From positions 640,001 to 704,000 of the forward strand of contig CBDETY010000003.1 of NCBI GenBank assembly GCA_965243025.1: a stretch of DNA of 64,000 nt, in the 5' to 3' direction. Made by a program: the position numbers and the translations under genes. The notes beneath the pieces are model-generated. The model saw only the letters and a list, made by a program, of their open reading frames with translations. It was not told the origin of the DNA and made no database searches. Below, piece after piece: positions 36,188 to 45,852 of the stretch (its first letter is position 1; each line of letters starts with the position of its first letter). The DNA comes from Candidatus Latescibacterota bacterium (GTDB taxonomy: Bacteria; Latescibacterota; UBA2968; UBA8231).

Positions 36188-37873
36188 TCATTGCGCGCTC
36201 TGCCCGGCGCACCTGACCAGCAGCTCGCACTGGTGCAGGGTCGGCCAACCCGGTCCCGGTTGCGGCCCCTTCTGAACGTACCCTTGCGGCTGCTCTGACC
36301 CCTCGATCACCACCAGAACCCGGTTTTCACCGCGGCGCAGCGGGGGGTCGTCCACCACCAGCCATTCCTCGCCGGGGGAGTTCGCCACTTTCCGCGCCGA
36401 CAGCAGGTCGACGCGCCCTCCGTTCACCTCGCAGCGGATCCGCGGCAGGCACCGCTCGTGCCCGGTGAGACGGAGGCGCAGCTCGGTCCCGGCGATGCGC
36501 CCGTCGGCCCGCCCCCCGTCGATGTCGTCCTCGATGAGAAGCCGCAGGGCGTGGGCCTCACCTGCCCCGCGGCCGGTCAGCGCCAGCTTGCGGGGCAGCT
36601 GGGGCGGAAAATCCCCCAGGTTGGAACCGTGGTTCAGGTGGTAACAGCGGTCCAGCCGCGCCAGGGCCTGCGGATCCCCCAGGTCGCGCAGGGTCTGCAG
36701 GTCTTTTCTCGTGAACCGGTCGGAGTCGAACGCACCCCGCAGCCCACTGTAGAGAGGCGGCGGTTCGACCAGGGGCATGTCGCTGGCGTCCCCCTCCGCC
36801 ACCGGCTGGGCGCGGTGGTTGGCGTAGTCGTGATTGAAGAGATGGACCCCTGCCGCTCCCCGCCGATAGCCGTTGAGGGCGATGGCGCGCCGCAGCGAAG
36901 GCTGGCCGCTCTCGTAGCCCTCCTGCGGCGAGGCTTTGTACGTCCCGGCGGAGCCGACGTACACGAGAGCCCCGCCTTTCTCCGCCGCGGCCACGGCCCG
37001 CTCGACGTCCATTTCCAGCTGCCAGCCTCCGGACGAGGAAATCACCGCGACATCCACCAGGCCGTTCTCGAGCCAGGTTTCCGGATCGAGCCCCAGCTCC
37101 ATGCAGGCGTCGAAGCTGCAGGGGACGCGGCAGCAGAGCTTCACGTCCCTGCCCTTTCGGGCTGCGCCGCGGCGCGCGGTCTCTCGCGCCCGGCGCACGA
37201 ACTCCGTCATCGTCGCCATCTGCCTGAATCCCCGGTGCGGTTTGAAGAACGGAGGGGCCCGGCAGAAATCCAGCTCCAGGCCGTCGACGTCGTAGCGCCC
37301 GATGGTTTCGTCGAACAGGCCGAGGAAACGGTCGCGCACCTCGGGTCGGGCGTAGTCCCATTGCCAGCTGAAGTTGAACTCTTTCCCGTACCCCGTGGTG
37401 CCTTCGGGCGCCGGAGAGCCGATCAGCAGATCGGGGCGATTCAGCATCAGGGCGGAGCGGCGCCCGTCGGCCATGCGGTGCTCCATGTTGCGGTGGGCGT
37501 CGTTCATCCGGAAAGAGGCGTAGATGCCGAGGCCCGACTGCCGCGCGCGGTCGACGTACAGCTGGAAGACGTCGTGCCCGTCCTCCACCAGGGCGGCGAG
37601 GTTCTTCTGCAGGAGGTCGCTGGGGGCCATTCCCTCCGGAGCGGCGGCCATGGTTTCCCCCCACAGCTCGCCGTGCGGGCTGCCCGGCCAGCTCAGGTCG
37701 TCGTTGATGCCGACGAGCACGGAGACGACGTCGACGGCGGTGTCGGCCAGGGGCTTCATCATGGCGGTCACGTCGTCGGGATTGCGGCGTTTGAGGTACT
37801 TGAACACCAGGCAGCCGTCGGTGTTGAAGATGATCCGCGGCGGCCACCGGTAGGGCAGCGGGTTGTCAGGCAT
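36188..37873 (-). CDS. GHL10/DUF187-like TIM-barrel putative glycoside hydrolase
   Basis: RIIFNTDG, SFRMNDAH, DYARPEVR, YDVDGLELDFCR. Confidence 0.65.
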   Translation of the reverse strand: MPDNPLPYRWPPRIIFNTDGCLVFKYLKRRNPDDVTAMMKPLADTAVDVVSVLVGINDDLSWPGSPHGELWGETMAAAPEGMAPSDLLQKNLAALVEDGHDVFQLYVDRARQSGLGIYASFRMNDAHRNMEHRMADGRRSALMLNRPDLLIGSPAPEGTTGYGKEFNFSWQWDYARPEVRDRFLGLFDETIGRYDVDGLELDFCRAPPFFKPHRGFRQMATMTEFVRRARETARRGAARKGRDVKLCCRVPCSFDACMELGLDPETWLENGLVDVAVISSSGGWQLEMDVERAVAAAEKGGALVYVGSAGTYKASPQEGYESGQPSLRRAIALNGYRRGAAGVHLFNHDYANHRAQPVAEGDASDMPLVEPPPLYSGLRGAFDSDRFTRKDLQTLRDLGDPQALARLDRCYHLNHGSNLGDFPPQLPRKLALTGRGAGEAHALRLLIEDDIDGGRADGRIAGTELRLRLTGHERCLPRIRCEVNGGRVDLLSARKVANSPGEEWLVVDDPPLRRGENRVLVVIEGSEQPQGYVQKGPQPGPGWPTLHQCELLVRCAGQSAQ

Positions 37874-38164
37874 GTCGGGCGTCGAAAACTGAACGGGGCG
37901 GGCTGGAGTTTCTGTTGGACCTCGGCCGCATTTCGGCCAGGCCGTTTCCCGGCGATGAAATAAGACGAAGGCCGCCGGCATTCAAGGGGGATAATCCGAA
38001 TCAGTTCAACGGCCTCGCCATTCCCTCTGCACCGTCGGCTTCCTTGCGGTTCGGGCGCCTCGACACCCTTATTCCCATTTACGTGAAGATTGCATGATTC
38101 GGGTTTCCCTGGCTATTGGTGAGGGCAGCCGGATCTTGCGCCGAAAGCCACTTGGAGAGCTGAA

Positions 38165-39070
38165 ATGAAGCTGAGCGAAAAACACCGGGAGCAGTTCGTC
38201 GACCAGGGATACGTCGTCGTCGAGGGGGCGCTGACCGACGGCGACCTGCAGCCGGTGATCGACGACTACTCCGCCATCGTCGACGAGCTGGCGAAGAAGC
38301 TGCACGCCGGGGGACGGATCTCCCGCCTGTACGAAGAGGAGCCGTTCGACACGCGGCTGGCGCGCATCTGCGACGAGGACGAGGAGACCTACTTCGCATC
38401 GGACGAGTTCCTCGACATCGGCCATGTTCGCGGGCGGGGGACCTTCGAGTTCATGCGCAACCGGAATCTCCTCGACCTGGTCGAGGGGTTCATCGGGCCG
38501 GAGATCGCCTGCAACTCCATCTCCCACATCCGCGCCAAGCTGCCTTCCGACGAGTCCCGCAGCAGGGACTCCAACATCGCCTCCCGGCACCAGGACGCGA
38601 TCTTCACCACCCCCGAGGCGCGGGACCTCTTCGTTCTGACGGTCTGGCTGCCGCTGAACGAGGCCACCGCGGAGAACGGCTGCCTTCAGGTCGCGCCCGG
38701 GGTGCACCGGAGCGGGATCGTGTACTGGGGCGGGTCGCTCCCGGAATACGAGGCCGCGACCGTGCCGATGCGGAAGGGGGACGTGATCTTCCTCCACAAG
38801 CTCTGCCCGCACGGCTCCGGAACCAACGATACCGACGGCATCCGCTGGAGCATGGACCTGCGCTACCAGCGGCTCGGCACCCCCTCGCCGCGGCCGGAGT
38901 GGCCGGGCCTGGGGGCGAGAAGCCGGGAGAACCCCGGTGCGCTGACTGAATACGAGGAGTGGGCGGCGGCCTGGGAACAGGCGCTGGAGAAGCACCCGAA
39001 GAAGCTGGGATACCCGCGGCCGTCCGAACCGGCCCCGTTCGCCGGGGAGATGTACCCGTGGATGTCGTGA
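38165..39070 (+). CDS. PhyH family Fe(II)/2-oxoglutarate dioxygenase
   Basis: FVDQGYVVV, HQD, TVWLPL..ATAENGCLQV.PG.H, PHGS, RWSMDLRY. Confidence 0.88.
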   Translation: MKLSEKHREQFVDQGYVVVEGALTDGDLQPVIDDYSAIVDELAKKLHAGGRISRLYEEEPFDTRLARICDEDEETYFASDEFLDIGHVRGRGTFEFMRNRNLLDLVEGFIGPEIACNSISHIRAKLPSDESRSRDSNIASRHQDAIFTTPEARDLFVLTVWLPLNEATAENGCLQVAPGVHRSGIVYWGGSLPEYEAATVPMRKGDVIFLHKLCPHGSGTNDTDGIRWSMDLRYQRLGTPSPRPEWPGLGARSRENPGALTEYEEWAAAWEQALEKHPKKLGYPRPSEPAPFAGEMYPWMS

Positions 39071-39104
39071 ACGACCCGAATCCGGCAAGGGGAGGGGAGA
39101 GGGA

Positions 39105-39878
39105 ATGACCATGACGATCGGGGAGGCGCTCGCCAGCCTCGGGGTGCACGACGGCGTCCTCTCGAAGGAGGAGAAGAACTTCCTCGACGGGCAGGGGTAC
39201 CTGCCGCTGCCCGGCCTCCTCTCTCGAGCGGAGGCGGCCGCTTTCGCCGCCCGCCTCGGGGAGCTCGCGGAAATGGAAGGGGAGGAGGCCGGCAGGGAGG
39301 TGCACCAGGAGGAGGGGACCACGCGGCTCGCCAACCTGATCGACAAGGACCCGCTGTTCGAGAAGTGCGTCACCGACCGCCGGCTGCTGGCCGCGGTCCG
39401 GCACGTCATCGGCGGCGATCTCAGGCTCTCCTCGCTCAACGCCCGGGCATCCCACCCGGGGCAGGGCCTGCAGGGCCTGCACGCCGACTGGGGAAAGGGG
39501 GTCGAGCCGGGGGAGTTCCAGGTCTGCAACTCGGTCTGGATGCTGACGGACTTCACCGCGGAGAACGGCGCCACCCGCGTGGTCCCGGGATCGCACCTGA
39601 GCCGCAGGACCCCGTCCGAGGCGATGGAGGACCCCACCGACGCCCACCCCGAACAGGTGCAGCTGCAGGCGCCGGCCGGGACCGTGGTGGTCTTCAACGG
39701 GCACCTCTGGCACGGGGGGGCGTTCAACGCCAGCGGCCGCAAGCGCTGGGGCATGCACGGGTACTACTGCCGCCGCAGCGTCCCGCAGCAGACCGACCAG
39801 CGCCGCTGGCTCAGCCCCGGGACGGTGGCGCGCCTGTCTCCGGAGGCGCGCGCCGTCGTCGACGTCGAGGATCCCTGA
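39105..39878 (+). CDS. PhyH family dioxygenase
   Basis: LHAD, WMLTDFTAENGATRVVPGSH, LWHGG..N. Confidence 0.9.
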   Translation: MTMTIGEALASLGVHDGVLSKEEKNFLDGQGYLPLPGLLSRAEAAAFAARLGELAEMEGEEAGREVHQEEGTTRLANLIDKDPLFEKCVTDRRLLAAVRHVIGGDLRLSSLNARASHPGQGLQGLHADWGKGVEPGEFQVCNSVWMLTDFTAENGATRVVPGSHLSRRTPSEAMEDPTDAHPEQVQLQAPAGTVVVFNGHLWHGGAFNASGRKRWGMHGYYCRRSVPQQTDQRRWLSPGTVARLSPEARAVVDVEDP

Positions 39879-39910
39879 GGGGACGGCGGCAGACGGGAGT
39901 TCCTGCCCGG

Positions 39911-39988
39911 TTACGCCGCCTCTATATCGGTGCGGGTGAAATCCTCTCCCTTGAACAGCAGCGGTTCCCCGGTCTCGTGTGCGAGCGA
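39911..39988 (-). pseudogene. C-terminal remnant of a VapC (PIN domain) toxin
   Basis: Reads SLAHETGEPLLFKGEDFTRTDIEAA*, matching the typical LA...GEPLLFKG.DF..TDI end of VapC30-like proteins; in-frame stop just upstream and no start. Confidence 0.7.
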
Positions 39989-40005
39989 CCAGGATCAGCG
40001 CCGCC

Positions 40006-41883
40006 TCACCGGAACGGGATGGACCCGCCGTGCCAGGGAAAGGCGCAGCTCGGCCGGTGGCAGTGCAGGTCCATGTCGAGCCGCAGCTCGATCTCGGTGC
40101 CGGGCCGCAACTCGACGTCGAAATGCCTGCCGTTGACCGGCACCGTCGCCGGCGATTCCCCGGCCTCGGAGGCGGTGCTGAAGCGGTGCTCGCCGAAGGA
40201 GCCCGCCTGCACGGTTAGCCCGCGGCTGCGGTGGGGGCTGAGGTTGACCAGGGTGAGGTCGACGCCGTCGGGCCGCACCGCCGACACCAGGGCGGCGACG
40301 TCGTCGGGCAGGCCCGGGCGCTGCCGGCCGCGGTCGAAGTAGCGCACGCGGCCGCGGGCGAGGCCGCCCCAGTAGTTGGTCTGGTGGCCGCCGGTGGTCA
40401 GCAGCTGCAGCGCCTCGGTCACCACCGGGTTGCGCTGCAGCCAGTGGTGCTCGTCGGTCTGCGCCAGGTCGGTGAGGTCGGCGTCGTCGCTCTCTATAAG
40501 GTCCATGCGCCGCATCATCTCCCGGTAGTTGGCCTGCAGCACCTCCTCGGGGAAGCCGGGGCAGTCGCCGGCGAGGTAGCGGGTCCAGGCGCGGTCGTCG
40601 CCGCCGCGCGGGTCGTTCTGGCGCACGCTGCCCCACTCCTCCTCGGCGCCTCGGCGGATCGTCTCGAGGCGCTGCCAGTCCCGCTCCTCCTGCGAGGCGA
40701 ACCACAGCTGGATCGGCTGCTGGTGGCCCATCGGCGCGTGGCCGACCCAGCCCTCCTCGTTGTGGCGGTAGGGGATGAGCACGCGCCCGTCCTTCTCGAC
40801 CGCGCGCTCCAGCAGCATGTCGAACTGGGAGCGGACCAGGTCCAGGTACCCCTTGTCCCCGGTGACCAGGTGGGCGCAGGTCGAGGCCACGGTCATGGCG
40901 TTGAACATCATCTGGTACGAGGAGGAGGCCGCCCAGCCGTAGAAGCCGCCCCACCACTGCCCCTGGCGGTTGCCGCCGATGCGGCCGTCGAGGCCGACGT
41001 TGTCGGGAATGATCCCCCCGTTCTCCCCGATCCGGTCCATCCAGGCCTCGACGTAGTCGGCGATCCAGGTGCGGTACTTGTCGTCGCCGGTCAGGGTGTA
41101 GGTGTGGGCGACGAGGCCGACGACGCCGAGGTTCACGGGCACGTCTCCCTCCATGACGACCTTGTCGAACATCGAGTGGATCCGCTCCCTCCTGGCCGGG
41201 TCCTCGAACCAGAGGCCGCGGTCCTCCCCCTCGCTGCGGTGCGACTCCCGCTCCGCGGGCGTCGAGCGGCGCTCCAGCCATTCGCGGGGGATCTCGAAGG
41301 TCGGGGAGAGCTTGACGTGGCCGTGCTCGATGTTGTACTGCACGTCGTCCCAGCGGGCGTGGAACATCGGGCCGGCGCTGCCGCTGAACGGCGAGCGGAT
41401 GATGCGGTGCTCCGGGTCGTAGTTCGGGACCTCGGGATCCTCGGCCATGTAGAAGCCGGAGAAGCGCCGCGCCCGGCGCATCATCTCGGCGTTGGCCGGG
41501 TCGGCGAGCCCGATGGCGTAGAAGTAGACGTAGTTCTCGCTGCTGTGGAACCAGTCGTCGTCGCAGACGAACTCCCTGGCGATGCGGCCGTAGTCGTAAG
41601 TGATCTGGCGGGTAACGGCGTTCCACTGGCTCACCGCCTTCTCGCCGATGTACTCGCTTCCCCCGAGGGCGTAGAGCAGCGGCCAGTTGAAGAATGCCTC
41701 GTAGAGGTCGTCGACCCAGACCCCGTCCCCGGGGTACTGCTCGGTCCAGACGAGGGAGCCGCCGGTGCGGGTGTACTTGTCGATGTAGACCGGCGCCGCC
41801 TGGTTCAGGGCGTCGATCAGCCGCCGTTCGAGCACCGCCCATACCGGCGGTTCGGTTCGTTTCGCGCTGGTGAAGGTCGCCAA
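40006..41883 (-). CDS. Conserved hypothetical protein (~625 aa)
   Basis: TTG start after AGGAGG; strong GC3 bias; DDLYE, IIPDNVGLDG, WWGGFYGW, RPGLPDDVAALV, QAGSFGEH. Confidence 0.8.
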   Translation of the reverse strand: MATFTSAKRTEPPVWAVLERRLIDALNQAAPVYIDKYTRTGGSLVWTEQYPGDGVWVDDLYEAFFNWPLLYALGGSEYIGEKAVSQWNAVTRQITYDYGRIAREFVCDDDWFHSSENYVYFYAIGLADPANAEMMRRARRFSGFYMAEDPEVPNYDPEHRIIRSPFSGSAGPMFHARWDDVQYNIEHGHVKLSPTFEIPREWLERRSTPAERESHRSEGEDRGLWFEDPARRERIHSMFDKVVMEGDVPVNLGVVGLVAHTYTLTGDDKYRTWIADYVEAWMDRIGENGGIIPDNVGLDGRIGGNRQGQWWGGFYGWAASSSYQMMFNAMTVASTCAHLVTGDKGYLDLVRSQFDMLLERAVEKDGRVLIPYRHNEEGWVGHAPMGHQQPIQLWFASQEERDWQRLETIRRGAEEEWGSVRQNDPRGGDDRAWTRYLAGDCPGFPEEVLQANYREMMRRMDLIESDDADLTDLAQTDEHHWLQRNPVVTEALQLLTTGGHQTNYWGGLARGRVRYFDRGRQRPGLPDDVAALVSAVRPDGVDLTLVNLSPHRSRGLTVQAGSFGEHRFSTASEAGESPATVPVNGRHFDVELRPGTEIELRLDMDLHCHRPSCAFPWHGGSIPFR

Positions 41884-41986
41884 GGGTTCCTCCTGTGCGA
41901 TGTCCGGGGCGGGACCGGGAAACCCGGCCTCGCCTGTGCCGATGGTCGTCGGAAGGCCTCCGCAGAGGCCGGTCAATCGAAATGAG

Positions 41987-42835
41987 CTATCTCACGACAC
42001 CGCCGCAGTAGCTGCACGGCCTGTCGTTCTCGAGGTAGTAGACCGGCAGGTTGTTCCTTTCGGCGAGGTAGCGGTCGTACTCCCCGCACAGCCAGAAGAA
42101 CATGCCGGCGTGGTCGTCCCGGGCGCGGTGGAACTCGCGGTGGTCGCACCACTCGTCGGGGGGATGGTAGGCGTGCATCAGCGGGAAGTCGGGCTGCACG
42201 ATCCAGTCGCGCCGCGGCGGGCAGGTGCGGACGTACCAGTACTTCAGGAGGTTGCGCGTCCCGGAGGCGGTCGACGCCGAGCGGCGGTGCCAGAGGTTGT
42301 AGGCGGTCAGGAAGATGCTGCCCGCCGGAGCCGCGGTGGAAACGGCGCCGCGGAAGCTGCGGTAGTGCTGCATGAACTGGCTGGCGGCGTAGAGGAGGTG
42401 CGACCCGGGCAGGATTTCGGTCGGTCCCAGCTCCCCGGGGACGTCCTGGGGGTAGTAGAACACCTGCAGGGAGTCGAGCTCGTGGGGGGTGTGCTTGGAG
42501 CCGCCGTCGCGGTGCCAGCCCTGGGGTTGCGGGTTCGCCTCCTCGGTGCGGTGGTTGTGCAGGAACGGCATGGTGATGCGGAAGTTGCGTCCGAGCAGGG
42601 AGCGCACGGCGCCGGCGGCGGCCGGGTTGAGGAGGACGCCGTCGACGAACCAGTCCTGCTCGAGGATGGTCTCGTGCGGCAGGCCCTCGCCGGCGACGCG
42701 GTCCATCAGCTCGCAGGACCTCTCGTTGACGTCGCCGGGGACCACCGCTTCGAGGACGAGGTATCCCTTGCGGCAGAAGTCGAGGATCTGCTCGTCGTCG
42801 AGGGTCGGTTTGCAGTCGTGGGTTCGGATCGCCAT
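41987..42835 (-). CDS. PhyH family dioxygenase
   Basis: FCRKGYLVL, WHRD, GPTEILPGSH, LWHR. Confidence 0.85.
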   Translation of the reverse strand: MAIRTHDCKPTLDDEQILDFCRKGYLVLEAVVPGDVNERSCELMDRVAGEGLPHETILEQDWFVDGVLLNPAAAGAVRSLLGRNFRITMPFLHNHRTEEANPQPQGWHRDGGSKHTPHELDSLQVFYYPQDVPGELGPTEILPGSHLLYAASQFMQHYRSFRGAVSTAAPAGSIFLTAYNLWHRRSASTASGTRNLLKYWYVRTCPPRRDWIVQPDFPLMHAYHPPDEWCDHREFHRARDDHAGMFFWLCGEYDRYLAERNNLPVYYLENDRPCSYCGGVVR

Positions 42836-42996
42836 GGGTGGTCCCGGGGAATGTCGTCGGAGTTGGCGGGAACGGCGAGGGGCCGGTGCGCGGCGGGTTC
42901 GGAGGGCGGCTGCATCCTTGCCGCTGCCGGGAAAATAGACCTATATCTCCCGCCCCGGTAGGGAACGTCGAGCCGCGAGAAGGAGATCGACACGAA

Positions 42997-43713
42997 ATGT
43001 CAGGGGCAACCGAGGAACAGCGAAAGCAGTGGGAGGAGGAGGGGTACGTCCGTATCGACGGGGCGATTGCGGGCGGCCGGCTGCAACGGCTGCAGTCGGC
43101 CTTCGACCACTGGGCCGACGCCTGCCGCGAAGAATGGGTCGAGGCGATCGAACGGGGGGAGGCGGCGCCGACGTGGTACGACGTGCCGGATCCGTTCGCC
43201 AGGGACGACGCCTTCCTCGACCTCGTCGACCACCCGGGCTGGTACCCGCTGGCGGCGGAGTTCTGCGGCGGGGACCCGGTGGTGTCGGGCGGCCCCCAGG
43301 TGCGCACCGTTCCCTGCTGGCCGGTCAGCTACACCGGCTGGCACCCCGACCGGGCCGACGACGGGGTGCGCAGGGTGAAGATGCAGCTCTACGTCAACGA
43401 CGTGCCCGCCGGGGGAGGGGAGTTCGCCTACGTGCCGGGCAGCCACCTCGCCGACCCGGGGACCTGGTACCGCCCGGAGCGCAACGACGCCATGCCCGGG
43501 CACGTCACCTTCCCGGGCGGGGCGGGCACCGCCGTTCTCTTCGACAACCGGGGGATGCACACCGCCATGGACAACACCACCTCCGAGCCGCGCAAGTCGA
43601 TCATCATGGGCTGGTGCGAGCGCGCCGCGGGGCAGGCGGCCCCGGGTGAGTTCGCCGCGCTCGCGGACAGGCTGAAGACGCCGGAGCGCCGGCGGCTGTT
43701 CGGACTGGAATGA
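42997..43713 (+). CDS. PhyH family dioxygenase
   Basis: WEEEGYV, WHPD, FAYVPGSH, AGTAVLFD..MHTA; AGGAG upstream. Confidence 0.85.
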   Translation: MSGATEEQRKQWEEEGYVRIDGAIAGGRLQRLQSAFDHWADACREEWVEAIERGEAAPTWYDVPDPFARDDAFLDLVDHPGWYPLAAEFCGGDPVVSGGPQVRTVPCWPVSYTGWHPDRADDGVRRVKMQLYVNDVPAGGGEFAYVPGSHLADPGTWYRPERNDAMPGHVTFPGGAGTAVLFDNRGMHTAMDNTTSEPRKSIIMGWCERAAGQAAPGEFAALADRLKTPERRRLFGLE

Positions 43714-43723
43714 GGAGGAAGCG

Positions 43724-44617
43724 ATGGTGAGGATCGACTGCCACCTGCACGTGTTCGCCAAACGGTCCGCGGAGTTCCCGCGCGAGGCCTCCGACGCCTA
43801 TCCCGCCGACCGCGAGGAGACCGCCGAGAAGCTGCTCGGGGAGATGGAGGCCAACGGCATCGACCAGGCGGTGCTGACGCAGATGGGGGGCGCCGAGCCG
43901 GAGCACCACAACTACGTCCGCCACTGCGTCGACACGTACCCCGACCGCTTCCGGGGGATCGGCCTGATCCCCGGCGACTGCGCCGAGCCGGAGGAGCACA
44001 TGGACCGGGTCGCCGGCGACGGGCAGTTCATCGGTTTCCGCCTCGGCGGCCTCGGGGGGCCGCGCGACCCCCTGACCCCGATGGACCTGCGCGACTACGG
44101 GACCTACCGGATCTGGAAACACGCCGCCGAGCGCGACTACGTGATGTGGCTCTACCTCGGGCACGCCGACATCTACGCGGCCGGCTACCTGGTCGAGGCG
44201 TTCCCCGAGGTCAGGGTGGTGTTCAACCACCTCGGCGTCAGCCCGGGCAGCGGCAACTTCTCCTGGGACGAGCACGGGCGCCCCCACGTCGAGAATCCCA
44301 ACATGTATTTCCTGTGGCACAACGTCTACCGCCTGTCGCGGTTCGAGAACGTCTCGATGATGTTCTCCGGCCACTACGCGTTCAGCAACGAGCCGTGGCC
44401 GTGGCGCGACTTCGCCGACAACGCCCGCCTGCTGCTGCGGCATTTCCCGGGGCGGCTGATGTGGGCCAGCGACTTCCCCTGGATCTGCGTCGAGCCGGGG
44501 TACGACAAGATGGTGCGGCTGCTGAAGGAGCTGGTCCCCGACGTCGGCGACGAGGAGCACGACTCCGTCATGGGGGGCGCGGCAAAGCGGATCCTGCGGT
44601 TCCCCGACAGGGACTGA
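43724..44617 (+). CDS. Amidohydrolase family protein (Amidohydro_2)
   Basis: IDCHLHVF, VVFNHLG, RLMWASDFPW. Confidence 0.88.
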   Translation: MVRIDCHLHVFAKRSAEFPREASDAYPADREETAEKLLGEMEANGIDQAVLTQMGGAEPEHHNYVRHCVDTYPDRFRGIGLIPGDCAEPEEHMDRVAGDGQFIGFRLGGLGGPRDPLTPMDLRDYGTYRIWKHAAERDYVMWLYLGHADIYAAGYLVEAFPEVRVVFNHLGVSPGSGNFSWDEHGRPHVENPNMYFLWHNVYRLSRFENVSMMFSGHYAFSNEPWPWRDFADNARLLLRHFPGRLMWASDFPWICVEPGYDKMVRLLKELVPDVGDEEHDSVMGGAAKRILRFPDRD

Positions 44618-44660
44618 GCCGCTTGCGACCGGCGTGCCCTGGCGAGGCTGTCACCCGGCC

Positions 44661-44750
44661 ATGCTCACCCGGCTGATCCGGCTCGCCTGCAACCTGTGCC
44701 TGTTCCTGTGGGGCCTGGCGCTGCTGTTCTACGTGATCCGGAGCTGCTGA
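44661..44750 (+). CDS. 29-aa hydrophobic small protein (not in the ORF track)
   Basis: MLTRLIRLACNLCLFLWGLALLFYVIRSC*; every sense codon ends in G or C; GAGG upstream. Confidence 0.55.
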   Translation: MLTRLIRLACNLCLFLWGLALLFYVIRSC

Positions 44751-44945
44751 AGGCAGGAAAAGACCGGCGCAGGAGACCGTTCCCGCCGCCCGGGCCCCTT
44801 CCCCGCATCGAGCTTCTGCCGCCCGGCCCAGGAATCCCGGGTCCTGTCCTGCATCGAGTTCCCCGGATTCGTTCCGGCCGTTGCGGGCTCCTTTGCCCAT
44901 CGATCCCCCGCAGCCCCAGGTCACCGGGGGCCGCGGGTTCCGATT

Positions 44946-45773
44946 CTAAGTCGGCTTGTCCATGACGTTGGCGTAGTAGTACTCGTCCGAGTACCCGGCC
45001 GCGGCGAACGCCCTGGTCGCCTCCGTCCACTGGCTGTAGAAGGCGCGCACCTCCGGGTCGTGGTGCTCGGTCAGGCGCCGGGGCAGCATAACCCAGTCGG
45101 TCAGCGGCGGGCTCTGCTCGCGGCCGAAGTAGTTGTGCTGGGTCAGGCGGCGGCCGGCGCCGCTCACGCGGGTGTGCAGGATGCCGATGTTGTAGAGCAC
45201 GACGGTCCCCGCGGGCCCGCGGACCGGCACCATGCGGAACTCCTCCCCGAGCTCCTCCTTCGCCTCATCGAAGTTCCCGCAGCGATGCGAGTTGGGCACC
45301 ACCGCGAAACAGGGCTGGTCCTCGCCGACGTCGGTCAGGTAGTGGATGGCGCAGACGTAGCTGCAGTCCCAGCGGGGACCGGGATCGTCCGCGGCCCGGG
45401 GCAGCCAGGGGCGGTCCCGGTGCCAGCGCATCGGCCCGCTGGCGGCCCCGTCCCAAAGGTCGCGGAAGTCGAACTGGGAGAAGCGGGTGTCCGGCCCCAT
45501 GATGGCGTCGACGAGCCCCCAGGCCACGGACGGGCGCACGTGCCCGTCGAGCTCGGGGTGGTGGACGAGAATCTGCGCGTGCGAGCGGCAGCCGAGCCTG
45601 TCGGGCCCCCACTCGGCGGCGATCTCCCGCTCGGAGCGGTCCACGAAATCGGTGAGGGTGCGGATGTTCTCCGGCGGCAGGGCGTCGCTGACGACGACGT
45701 AGTTCCAGGCGGCGAAGAAATCGAGGGCCTCCTGTTTCCGGTCGGGGGTGAAGGTCGGGTGTGCGGGCATCAT
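44946..45773 (-). CDS. PhyH family dioxygenase
   Basis: WHRD, YLTDV, VVPNSH, GPAGTVVLYN..LHTR. Confidence 0.85.
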   Translation of the reverse strand: MMPAHPTFTPDRKQEALDFFAAWNYVVVSDALPPENIRTLTDFVDRSEREIAAEWGPDRLGCRSHAQILVHHPELDGHVRPSVAWGLVDAIMGPDTRFSQFDFRDLWDGAASGPMRWHRDRPWLPRAADDPGPRWDCSYVCAIHYLTDVGEDQPCFAVVPNSHRCGNFDEAKEELGEEFRMVPVRGPAGTVVLYNIGILHTRVSGAGRRLTQHNYFGREQSPPLTDWVMLPRRLTEHHDPEVRAFYSQWTEATRAFAAAGYSDEYYYANVMDKPT

Positions 45774-45852
45774 GCTCCTGTGTCTGTTGCGATGGCGGGG
45801 ACTTCCGCCCGGGCCGGAGTGGATCGCCGGGAAGGTGCCGGCAACCGGGCTT

